The notes beneath the pieces are model-generated. The model did no database searches and was not told the DNA's origin. It was given only the letters and a program-made list of their open reading frames with translations. From Candidatus Krumholzibacteriia bacterium (lineage in GTDB: Bacteria; Krumholzibacteriota; Krumholzibacteriia; LZORAL124-64-63), in contig JADGDU010000013.1 in NCBI GenBank assembly GCA_016744705.1, positions 69,709-133,708 of the forward strand: a stretch of DNA of 64,000 nucleotides. The letters are read 5' to 3'. Shown one piece after another: positions 28,722-37,404 of this stretch; position 1 is the first letter of the stretch, and every line of letters starts with the position of its first letter. The translations under genes and the position numbers were made by a program.

Positions 28722-30803
28722 ATGAAGCGCAGCTTGTCATTTCTGGGAGCCTTCTGTTTTGTATTGGGACTGAGCACCGCAGCCCATGCCGACATCGTGA
28801 TCAATGAGATCATGTACAATTCACCCGGCTCGCCCGATGTGGAGTGGATTGAGCTGCACAACAGTGGCTTGGCCATGGTGGAATTGGACGACTTTTATTT
28901 CATCGACAGTGATCCCACCCACCCCCATTGCAATCTCACAGGCGACTTGGCTCCTGGGGAATATTTCCTGGTCGTGGGCGATCTCACTGCTTTCGCTGCT
29001 CAATATCCTGGCGTGGGGCCTTTGAACATCAATGGCTTTGATTCCGCCGGCACCGGTTTTGGCCTCAGCAATAGTGGAGAAGCCATTTTCCTTTATGATG
29101 ACGATGGCATTTTGGTGGACACGGTGGCCTATGAGGATGGTGGCACGTGGCCCGGTTCTCCCGATGGTGATGGTCCTACTCTGGAGTTGGTCAATCCCGG
29201 ACTCGATAACAGCAACTCCACAGCCTGGGATCCCAGCCTTGCCAATGGAGGCACACCGGGCGCTATCAATAGTGTCTACCAGGGCAACCAAGCCCCCCTC
29301 ATTCATGACACGGATAAAACGCCAGACCTGCCACAGGTTGGAGACAATGTCCTGATCACCGCCAAGGTCAGTGATGCTTCGGATCTGGACAGGGTGGAAG
29401 TTTTCGTAGACCTGGGAGCCGGCTTTGTTTCTCGCCCCATGTTCGACGATGGTTTTCACGGTGATGGCGCCGCTGCAGACAGCCTCTTTGGTGCCGTGAT
29501 TGATGCGGAACCAGAAGGCACGTTAGTGCGATATTATGTGGCTGCCTACGACGATTTTGGCAATGCAGTGACCAAGCCTTCTGATGCACCAGCATCCTTC
29601 CACGCCTACACCGTAGGTTACAACCCCCTGGGTAATCTGCGCATCTCTGAGGTCATGGCCAGCAACGCCACCACCCTTGCCGATGAATTTGGTGAGTACG
29701 ACGATTGGGTGGAAATTTTCAACATGTCCCATCTGGCCACAGATTTGAGCGGTATGTTTCTGACGGATAATTTTGGCCACCATCGGGCCTGGCCCATGCC
29801 TGAAGTGATTCTGGAAGGTGGAGCCTCACTGGTGATCTGGTGTGATGGCGAACCTGAACAGGGTCCTTTGCATACTAACTTCAAACTCTCGGCAAGCGGC
29901 GAAGAAATCGCCATATATGATTCCGAAGAACATGGTAATACGCGGTTGCATGGCATCCATTTTGGTCTTCAAAGTGAGGATGTCTCTGTGGGACTGGTCC
30001 CTGAAGTTACGGTGGGCGTTCCTCTTCCCGGGAAAAGCACCCTTCGCTTCGAAGAACCGGAATACATGCTTGAGCCCACTCCCGGTAGTGAAAACACACT
30101 GCCCTTGTCGGCGGTTGTGATCAATGAATTCCAAACCACCAGTAACAACGGCGGGGTGGATGACTGGATCGAATTTACCAACCGCTCGAATCTGGCTGTG
30201 AATATCAGTGGCTGGGGTGTCAGTGATGATTCCACCGTTCCCCTCAAGTGGGTGTTCCCTGTGGGCACTCTCCTGGAGGCTGGCAGTTTTCTCGTAGTTG
30301 ATGAATTGGAGCTAGGCTTTTCCCTGAGCTCCGCTGGTGAAATGATCCAATTGAGCAGTGCTGATGGATTATCAGGAGTGGATTTTATCCAATTTGATGA
30401 GCAACAGGCAGATATCAGCTATGGCCGTTCAGGAGATTATGGATTTTGGTGTTTCTTTGATGAAGCAACTCCAGGAGCAGCCAACCCCAATTCTTTATCC
30501 GCTGTGGATGATGGTGTCATTCCTTCTGCCTTGCGGGTAACTGGGGTGTACCCAAATCCGTTTAATCCTGCTACTAAGATTCATTTTGAATTGCCGGGTG
30601 AAGCTCGGGTCACGGTGGATATTTACGGGGTGGATGGACGCTTGGTGCGCACCATTGATGGTGGTGTGATGGGCGCAGGAAAAGGTAGTCTCACTTTTAA
30701 TGGGTTGGATAATAGTGGACAAAGGATGGCCAGTGGGGCTTTCTTTGCTCGAGTGCGGGCAGGGGCCGAGGTGTCGGTTGTGAAAATGATGCTGGTCAAA
30801 TAG
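28722..30803 (+). CDS. secreted protein with three lamin-tail-domain (LTD)-like modules and a T9SS C-terminal sorting domain
   Basis: Signal peptide MKRSLSFLGAFCFVLGLSTAAHA. The three LTD-like modules are IVINEIMYNSPGSPDVEWIELHNSG...DDFYFID, LRISEVMASNATT...DDWVEIFNMS...GMFLTDN and VVINEFQTTSNNGGVDDWIEFTNRSN...GWGVSDD. CTD VYPNPFNPATKIHFELPGEARVTVDIYGVDGRLVRT...GAFFARVRAGAEVSVVKMMLVK. Confidence 0.75.
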   Translation: MKRSLSFLGAFCFVLGLSTAAHADIVINEIMYNSPGSPDVEWIELHNSGLAMVELDDFYFIDSDPTHPHCNLTGDLAPGEYFLVVGDLTAFAAQYPGVGPLNINGFDSAGTGFGLSNSGEAIFLYDDDGILVDTVAYEDGGTWPGSPDGDGPTLELVNPGLDNSNSTAWDPSLANGGTPGAINSVYQGNQAPLIHDTDKTPDLPQVGDNVLITAKVSDASDLDRVEVFVDLGAGFVSRPMFDDGFHGDGAAADSLFGAVIDAEPEGTLVRYYVAAYDDFGNAVTKPSDAPASFHAYTVGYNPLGNLRISEVMASNATTLADEFGEYDDWVEIFNMSHLATDLSGMFLTDNFGHHRAWPMPEVILEGGASLVIWCDGEPEQGPLHTNFKLSASGEEIAIYDSEEHGNTRLHGIHFGLQSEDVSVGLVPEVTVGVPLPGKSTLRFEEPEYMLEPTPGSENTLPLSAVVINEFQTTSNNGGVDDWIEFTNRSNLAVNISGWGVSDDSTVPLKWVFPVGTLLEAGSFLVVDELELGFSLSSAGEMIQLSSADGLSGVDFIQFDEQQADISYGRSGDYGFWCFFDEATPGAANPNSLSAVDDGVIPSALRVTGVYPNPFNPATKIHFELPGEARVTVDIYGVDGRLVRTIDGGVMGAGKGSLTFNGLDNSGQRMASGAFFARVRAGAEVSVVKMMLVK

Positions 30804-30820
30804 CTCGCAACGTTTTTAGG

Positions 30821-33148
30821 ATGACCTCTCCGGTCACCGACCAACCTTTTGGCAGTGAGCAAATGATGGCCAATTCAGATAACACAAAAGTCATCCGCAC
30901 CGGTTGCCCCGCCCACAACTGCGGTGGCCGGTGCTTGTTAAAAGCCCATGTCCAAGACGGTCGCATCGTCAGGGTGGAGACGGATGATCGCCCCGAAGAT
31001 CCCCTGGCCAATCCTCAATTGCGGGCCTGCACTCGTGGGCGTGCCTATTTACGGCGGCAATACCACCCCGATCGTTTGACAACACCACTGCGCCGGGTTG
31101 GTGCCAGAGGCGAAGGCCAATTCGAACCTATCAGCTGGGATGAAGCACTCAAAGAAATGGCCCATCAGATGACCCGGGTGCGGGACACTTATGGCCACGG
31201 CTCTTTGTTTGTTCCCTACGGCACCGGCGGCTACACCCAAATGACAGGCAGTCAAACCGCCCGGCGCCTGCTGAATGTTTTTGGTGGGCATCTGGGTCAT
31301 TACAACAGCTACAGCTGGGGCGCGACCAACATCGTCACCCCCACCACTGTGGGTACGGTCAATTGCGGCAGCGAGCGACAGGATTGGCTCAACAGCAAAC
31401 TCATTCTGATGTGGGGATGGAACCCGGCCGAAGCTCGGGACGGCACCAATAGTGATTATTTCATTTTGCAGGCCCGCCGCAACGGAGCCAGGGTGGTGTG
31501 CATCGATCCGCGCCACACCGCCAGTGCAGCCAGCCTGGCCGACCAATGGATTGCCCTGAGGCCTGGCACCGACGCGGCCCTGATGACGGCCATGGCCTAT
31601 GTCATCATCACTGAAAACCTTCACGATGCAGATTTCATCCAACGTTGTTGTTCTGGGTTTGATGGCAGCCAGATGCCCCATGAGGTGAAGGGTCTTGAGT
31701 CTTACCAGGACTATGTCTTGGGCACCTTCGACTCCGTGGCTAAAACACCGGAGTGGGCTGAAGAGATCACCACCGTACCGCGCGATGTTATTGTCGATTT
31801 GGCTCGTCAATATGCCACCTGCAAACCGGCTGTGTTGTACCAGGGATACGCCATGCAACGGCGGGCTTATGGTGAACAAGTGGTGCGCGCAGGGATGGCT
31901 TTGGCCGCTATCACAGGAAATCTTGGCATCAAGGGAGGATGGGCCAGTGGCTTGTCCAGCCAGCCTACACCGGGGCCGTATTGGACTGTTCTGCCTGAAG
32001 GGGAAAACCCGCACGGCCTGCGCATTCCTTGTTTCCTTTGGACCGAGGCCGTTTTGCGGGGTAAGGAGATGGGACAGGACCATGGGGTGCTGGGCTTGCC
32101 GGAGCAGGGCATGAAAACCCTGGACAGCAACATCAAATTCATCTGGTCGGTGGCCTCGAACATTTTGGCCAACCAGCACGGCAACCTGAACTGGACAGCA
32201 GAGATTTTACGCGATGAATCCCTGGTGGAGTTCATTGTTGTGCAAGACAATTTCCTGACGCCGTCCGGTCGTTTTGCGGACCTGATTTTACCTGCCTGCA
32301 CCCAATTTGAAACCTGGGGGGTGGCCGACGGTTGGAAGTATGGTCAGGAAGTGATTTTACTGCCCAAGTTGGTTGAGCCTCTGGGTGAGTCGAAAAGCGA
32401 TTACCGCATCGCAGCGGATTTGGCCCAACATCTGGGCATTGGGCAACAATACACCGAAGGTCGGGACGAGAAACAGTGGACAGTCTGGGCTTTGGATTAT
32501 TACCGGAAAAATTGGTTCCCCGAGTTGCCCACTCTGGAAGAAATGCTTGAGAAAAACATGGGAGCGTACACCGTTCCGGTTCATGAACCGGCCATTGGTT
32601 TGGCCGATTTCCGCCGCGACCCCCAAGCTCATCCTTTGGATACTCCTTCGGGAAAAATCGAATTGTTTTCTTTGCAAATGCACCAATTTGGTCAACCGGA
32701 AGTGGTCCCGGCGGTGCCAAAATATATCCAGGAATGGGAGAGTCCTTTTGGGGAAGAGGCCGTAAAATTCCCTCTGCAGTGCATTTCCAACCATACTCTG
32801 GCGAGGGTGCATTCCACCCATGAAAACAACGACTGGTTGCGGGAAGCCCATCCCCACCAGCTCTGGATTCACCCGGTGGATGCCGAGTCCCGCCAGCTGA
32901 AGGACGGGGACCTTGTGTGTATCTTTAACGACCGAGGCACCACCGTTGTGGCCTGCGCCGTGACTCGCCGCATCTTACCCGGAGTGGTCAACTTGCCCCA
33001 AGGCACCTGGTGGACTCCCGATGCACAGGGCGTCGACCAGCGTGGCTCCATCAACGTGTTGACCAGTGAACGATGGACTCCTTTCGCCTTCGGGGCTGCG
33101 TTGCAGACGGTTATGGTGCAAGTGGCCCGACAGGAGGTTCTGTCGTGA
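30821..33148 (+). CDS. molybdopterin (bis-MGD) oxidoreductase catalytic subunit, DMSO reductase superfamily, no Tat signal
   Basis: N-terminal FS0-type Cys motif (CPAHNCGGRC ... C, giving Cx4Cx3C instead of the usual Cx2Cx3C) without a twin-arginine leader. 775 aa, with the conserved molybdopterin-domain layout (GTGGYTQM, VCIDPRHT, the C-terminal MPT dinucleotide-binding region and FNDRGTTVVA). Confidence 0.7.
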   Translation: MTSPVTDQPFGSEQMMANSDNTKVIRTGCPAHNCGGRCLLKAHVQDGRIVRVETDDRPEDPLANPQLRACTRGRAYLRRQYHPDRLTTPLRRVGARGEGQFEPISWDEALKEMAHQMTRVRDTYGHGSLFVPYGTGGYTQMTGSQTARRLLNVFGGHLGHYNSYSWGATNIVTPTTVGTVNCGSERQDWLNSKLILMWGWNPAEARDGTNSDYFILQARRNGARVVCIDPRHTASAASLADQWIALRPGTDAALMTAMAYVIITENLHDADFIQRCCSGFDGSQMPHEVKGLESYQDYVLGTFDSVAKTPEWAEEITTVPRDVIVDLARQYATCKPAVLYQGYAMQRRAYGEQVVRAGMALAAITGNLGIKGGWASGLSSQPTPGPYWTVLPEGENPHGLRIPCFLWTEAVLRGKEMGQDHGVLGLPEQGMKTLDSNIKFIWSVASNILANQHGNLNWTAEILRDESLVEFIVVQDNFLTPSGRFADLILPACTQFETWGVADGWKYGQEVILLPKLVEPLGESKSDYRIAADLAQHLGIGQQYTEGRDEKQWTVWALDYYRKNWFPELPTLEEMLEKNMGAYTVPVHEPAIGLADFRRDPQAHPLDTPSGKIELFSLQMHQFGQPEVVPAVPKYIQEWESPFGEEAVKFPLQCISNHTLARVHSTHENNDWLREAHPHQLWIHPVDAESRQLKDGDLVCIFNDRGTTVVACAVTRRILPGVVNLPQGTWWTPDAQGVDQRGSINVLTSERWTPFAFGAALQTVMVQVARQEVLS

Positions 33149-34578
33149 GCACCCGTCAGTCCTTTTATTTTGACGCGTCCGCCTGTTCCGGGTGCAAGGC
33201 CTGTCAGGTTGCCTGCAAGGATCGTCACGGCTTGGAAGTAGGACGTTTGTGGCGTCGGGTTTCCGAAGTCACTGGTGGCAGTTGGCAACAAGAAGGCTCT
33301 GCCTGGCACAACAATATTTTTGCCTACCATCTGTCCGTGTCCTGCAATCATTGTGAGAAAGCCATCTGCCTGGAAGGCTGTCCGGCTCAAGCCATCTCGC
33401 GTCGGGACGACGGCATTGTTCTGATCAACGCCGAGCATTGTCTGGGGTGCGGTTATTGCAGTTGGGTGTGCCCCTATAGTGCTCCGCAGTATCAACCCGA
33501 CCGTGGAGTGATGACCAAGTGTACCCTCTGTGTTGAGGATTTGGATAGGGGCAACGAACCAGCCTGTGTGGCCGCTTGTCCGGTGCGGGCTCTGGACTTT
33601 GGCGACTTTTCTGAATTGGCCCAAGGCCATGGATTTGTTGACCAACCAGCCGAATTGCCTCCGCTGCCAAACCCTCGGCTGACGGAACCTTCCCTGGTGT
33701 TGGCACCTCACGCCGATGCCCACCGTTCCACAGAACCAGATGTTGTCCTGACACCGAGGCCAGCTCGCGGGCTTCGGGAAATGTCCCTGGTGGCGTTCAC
33801 TCTTCTCTCACAGATGGCTGCGGGTTTGGCTTTAGTCGGAGGCGGGTTGCGAGTTTGGTTAGGCCCGGAAATGGCTTCTGTTGATGCAGTTCTCTGGCCC
33901 CTGACCGCTGCCCTGATGGCTTTGGCCATGATTGTTTCAACCCTTCATCTGGGCAAGCCCAGCAATGCCCGACGCGCCCTGCTGAACTTGTCTACATCCT
34001 GGCTGAGCCGGGAGATCCTTCTGGCATCACTCTTTTTTGGAACGACCATTTTGGCAGGGTTGCCTCTGTCCTCTCATTGGCTGTCAGGGGCCGCCAGTTG
34101 GCTGACCATACCCATGGCGTTTGCGTACCTTTGGGGGATGGCCGGAGTGTACCGGCAACGTACAGTGCCGGTTTGGAATCGGGCGAGCACACTTTGGTCT
34201 TTTCTGGTCTCGGCTTTGCTCTTGGGTGGGCTGGGGCTCAATGCTTTGGTTTGGGGTTTTGCTCATTTTGAAGAGGGCTTAGTTCAGAGCATCAGCATTT
34301 GGCTGCTGTCGCTGTGTGTGGTTGGTGTGGGGGTTCCTTGGTATTGGTGGCTGATGCGTGAGGTAAGGGATACTGAAGGTCGTTCTGAATTGGGATTGAG
34401 CGGAGCTATGGGGATTGCATTTGGGCTGGGCTTCCTTGTTTTATTGGTGGGCGGTCCAGATTTGATGGCGGGAAGTCTTGCGTTGTGGATGTCTTGGGGG
34501 CTTTTAATTCTAGTGGGGGCGGATCAGGTTAAGCAAAGACGCCGGTATTATGGTGGGTATGAAAGGGTTGGGGTTTGA
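33145..34578 (+). CDS. four-cluster 4Fe-4S ferredoxin subunit fused to a polytopic membrane anchor (DmsB-DmsC-like fusion)
   Basis: A GTG start overlaps the stop of the catalytic-subunit gene (gtGTGAgc), with AGGAGG just upstream. Four Cys clusters (CSGCKACQVAC, CNHCEKAICLEGCP, CLGCGYCSWVCP, CTLCVEDL...CVAACP) are followed by about 8 TM helices including an HLGKP motif. Confidence 0.7.
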   Translation: MSTRQSFYFDASACSGCKACQVACKDRHGLEVGRLWRRVSEVTGGSWQQEGSAWHNNIFAYHLSVSCNHCEKAICLEGCPAQAISRRDDGIVLINAEHCLGCGYCSWVCPYSAPQYQPDRGVMTKCTLCVEDLDRGNEPACVAACPVRALDFGDFSELAQGHGFVDQPAELPPLPNPRLTEPSLVLAPHADAHRSTEPDVVLTPRPARGLREMSLVAFTLLSQMAAGLALVGGGLRVWLGPEMASVDAVLWPLTAALMALAMIVSTLHLGKPSNARRALLNLSTSWLSREILLASLFFGTTILAGLPLSSHWLSGAASWLTIPMAFAYLWGMAGVYRQRTVPVWNRASTLWSFLVSALLLGGLGLNALVWGFAHFEEGLVQSISIWLLSLCVVGVGVPWYWWLMREVRDTEGRSELGLSGAMGIAFGLGFLVLLVGGPDLMAGSLALWMSWGLLILVGADQVKQRRRYYGGYERVGV

Positions 34579-34636
34579 GAGTGTTTTGAGCCGTGATTTG
34601 AATCGTGAATGCACTTATTCCAGATAGAATGGTTCC

Positions 34637-34903
34637 ATGCCTGCGAAAAAAAAGAAACCCACTGATCCCGTAAAAGAGACCACCCGGCTGATCCGGTTGG
34701 CCCGGTCGTATTGGGATGCACACAATAACCTTGCCTGCCGCACCCACCGGGATATGGCCATGAAGCAGTATGAAAGTTTGAATAAAGAGCAGAAGGGCCG
34801 GGTACCTCAAACGCTGCGAGTGTGGCTTCGGTACCGGAGTGAAAAATATTTTGGCCCCGGACGGACAGCCCCTGGTTCAAGGAGAAAGACCAAGGGCAAG
34901 TAA
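34637..34903 (+). CDS. small basic hypothetical protein (88 aa)
   Basis: ORF only, Lys/Arg-rich (MPAKKKKPTDP...RRKTKGK), with no recognisable motif. It may not be expressed. Confidence 0.3.
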   Translation: MPAKKKKPTDPVKETTRLIRLARSYWDAHNNLACRTHRDMAMKQYESLNKEQKGRVPQTLRVWLRYRSEKYFGPGRTAPGSRRKTKGK

Positions 34904-35079
34904 GCTTCTGTCGTATATTTGACGGGGAATTATTGAGATACGGGATGGTGATGTGCCTAAATTTCATTAATTGAGATCCGATTTGAAAATTTTCCTGATT
35001 ATTGCTGGACGAATTAAGTGAAACAATGCCCAGAATGGAATACAATGGTTGAAACATTCAGTCTAAATGGGGGTAAGTC

Positions 35080-35676
35080 ATGAATGAGTGGTGGGGCGAA
35101 TTATCAGGAATGACACAAGCATTCTACGGGATGGCTGTGTTTTTCAGCGGCTTTTTTCTCTGGCAGATCATCGCTGCATTTGCAGGGCTGGATGGCGACG
35201 CCATCGATCCTGATGTGCTGGATGATATGGGCCATTCCGACGTGGTTGAATCTTCGCAGGCCTTCAAGATTCTGAGTTCTCGTTCCATTATCACTTTTTT
35301 CACGCTGTTCTCCTGGATGGCCGCCCTCTATACCACGAGAGGCGTTGGACTTTCTCAAGCGCTTCTTTGGTCCAGCCTTTGGGGGTTGGTTGGCATGTTT
35401 GTTGTCGCCTTCATTTTTTACGGAATGCACCGACTGGCTGAGACCGGCACAAAAGATTTGGCCACTGCAAAAGGGAAAATGGGAACTGTTTACCTGAATA
35501 TTCCAGCTGAAGGTTTTGGAGAGATCACGGTGGAAGTCAACGGCGCGGTTGAGCACGTTAAGGCCAAAAGTATGGATGGATCTGAATTGCTGACCGGAAC
35601 AGAAGTAGAAATCGTTCAAATTATGAGCCAGACATTGGTTGGGGTTGTTAAACTTATACGTAAAGGAGAGAAATAA
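35080..35676 (+). CDS. NfeD-like membrane protein (partner of flotillin/SPFH proteins)
   Basis: N-terminal TM helices and a C-terminal OB-fold-like beta segment (GTVYLNIPAEGFGEITVEVNGAVEHVKAKS...EVEIVQI). It sits immediately upstream of the flotillin gene and overlaps it by 1 nt. Confidence 0.6.
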   Translation: MNEWWGELSGMTQAFYGMAVFFSGFFLWQIIAAFAGLDGDAIDPDVLDDMGHSDVVESSQAFKILSSRSIITFFTLFSWMAALYTTRGVGLSQALLWSSLWGLVGMFVVAFIFYGMHRLAETGTKDLATAKGKMGTVYLNIPAEGFGEITVEVNGAVEHVKAKSMDGSELLTGTEVEIVQIMSQTLVGVVKLIRKGEK

Positions 35677-37217
35677 TGGAATGGTTAGTTGGAATGGTTA
35701 TCATCGCTATTGCGGCGCTCGGGGCGATTTTGGCACTGGTCAGTCGCTACCGCAGGTGTCCTTCGAACAAAATTTTGGTGATTTATGGTAAGACGTCCAG
35801 CGGTGCTGCAAAATGTATTCATGGGGGCGCGGCCTTTGTATGGCCATTGATTCAGGACTTTGCTTACCTCGATCTGGAACCCTTTGTGGTGCCGATCGAT
35901 CTGAAAAACGCTTTGTCACAGGAAAATATCCGCGTAACGGTTCCCACCTCTGTCACCGCTGCGATCTCCAACGCTAAAGGTGTCATGCAGAATGCCGCCG
36001 TACGCTTGCTGGGATTGTCCCGGCAGGAGATTGAAAATCAGGCCCAGGACATTATTCTGGGGCAGATGCGTGCCGTGATTGCGACCATGTTGATTGAAGA
36101 AATCAACCGCGATCGTCAGGCCTTCCTGGCCAAGGTCAATGAAGCGGTATCCGGTGAGTTGGAAAAAATCGGATTGTATTTGATCAACGTCAACATCCGC
36201 GACATTGAGGACGAGTCCGGGTATATCGAGGCCCTCGGCCGGAGAGCTGCTGCGGAAGCGATCAACCAAGCGCTTGTGGATGTGGCCGAGCAGGAAAAAC
36301 TGGGCCAGACCGGTGTTGCCGTCCGCGAGCGTGACAAACGCATTGCGGTTGCTGCTGCCAATTCGGAAGCCCAGATCGGAGAGGCTTCGGCCGACCGTGA
36401 CCGTCGCTCGCAATCAGCCGGACTTGATGCCGAAGCTGCCTTGGGGGAAACCGAAGCGCGCGCCAAAAAAGCCGCCTATGAAGCGAACCAGTCCGTTGCC
36501 GAGGAAGTGGCGCGTAACCGCCGTGAATCTGCAGCCAAAGATGCCGACGGTGCCATCCGCGTGGCTCAAGAAATGGCCGAAAAGAACGCCGAAGAAGCCC
36601 GTGCCGAGCGGGAGGCTGCCCGTTTGAATGCTACGATCATTGTCTCTGCATCAGCCGATAAAAAACAGACGATCATTATGGCCGAAGCTGCGAAGGCACG
36701 CACTATCATCACGGCGGAAGCAAGCAAAGAACAGCAGATCATTGCGGCGGAAGGTAAGAAACAACAATTGATTATCTCTGCGGAAGGTGAGAAGGAAAGT
36801 TCGATCCGTATCGCCGAAGGACAGGCGGAAGGTACACTGGCGAAAATGACAGCAGAGGGCCAAGGTGTGAAGGCTATCCTCGATGGCAAAGCACAAGGGT
36901 ATGAAGCACTGGTGAGTGCTTGCGATTCGGCCAATGATGTTGCTTCGCTGCTGTTGATCGAAAAACTGGAAGACATCGCAGGTGTGCAGGCGCAGGCCAT
37001 CGCTGATCTGCCCATTGAGAAAGTCGTTGTTTGGGATGGTGGCGGAAAAGAAGGTGGCGGGCTATCCGGCCTCGGCGGTCGTCTGATGGGGGCGCTGCCT
37101 CCCATGCATGATCTTGCCAAGCAAGTCGGCCTGGATCTACCTGAGTTTCTGGGAAAATTGTCAGACGATAAACGTCCGTCGAAAATCGAAGAACCACCAG
37201 CACCGGCAGCCGAATAA
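35676..37217 (+). CDS. flotillin-like SPFH/band-7 protein
   Basis: N-terminal TM segment, SPFH core and a long Ala/Glu/Arg-rich coiled coil (EAEAARKAA-type repeats). This is the typical NfeD-flotillin operon arrangement. Confidence 0.75.
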   Translation: MEWLVGMVIIAIAALGAILALVSRYRRCPSNKILVIYGKTSSGAAKCIHGGAAFVWPLIQDFAYLDLEPFVVPIDLKNALSQENIRVTVPTSVTAAISNAKGVMQNAAVRLLGLSRQEIENQAQDIILGQMRAVIATMLIEEINRDRQAFLAKVNEAVSGELEKIGLYLINVNIRDIEDESGYIEALGRRAAAEAINQALVDVAEQEKLGQTGVAVRERDKRIAVAAANSEAQIGEASADRDRRSQSAGLDAEAALGETEARAKKAAYEANQSVAEEVARNRRESAAKDADGAIRVAQEMAEKNAEEARAEREAARLNATIIVSASADKKQTIIMAEAAKARTIITAEASKEQQIIAAEGKKQQLIISAEGEKESSIRIAEGQAEGTLAKMTAEGQGVKAILDGKAQGYEALVSACDSANDVASLLLIEKLEDIAGVQAQAIADLPIEKVVVWDGGGKEGGGLSGLGGRLMGALPPMHDLAKQVGLDLPEFLGKLSDDKRPSKIEEPPAPAAE

Positions 37218-37239
37218 ACTGCCAGAGTCTGGAAATAGG

Positions 37240-37270
37240 GAAGCCGTCTTTAAACGGGCGGCTTCTTTTA
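37240..37270 (+). terminator. intrinsic terminator after the flotillin gene (gaagccg-N12-cggcttc-tttt)
   Basis: 7-bp GC-rich stem followed by TTTT, 23 nt after the stop codon. Confidence 0.5.
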
Positions 37271-37404
37271 TGTTTCCGGCGCGCCCATGGTCCACTAGCA
37301 ATATCCACCGGCTTCCAAGATCCAGCCAATTGACATACAGAAGGCGAGTATGTTAGTTGTTGCCTCCAAAATGCGCCCTTCAGTTTTTCAATGGAGTCAT
37401 ATAA

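Noticed and set aside
31049-33723. Minus-strand ORFs of 376, 162, 171 and 284 aa overlapping the molybdoenzyme genes
   Set aside because: Antisense to ORFs with strong Fe-S and molybdopterin motifs. High GC third-position bias produces open antisense frames.
36116-37120. Minus-strand ORFs (116, 184 and 81 aa) within the flotillin gene
   Set aside because: Antisense to the Ala/Glu-rich coiled-coil coding region, as expected from GCN/GAN codon bias.
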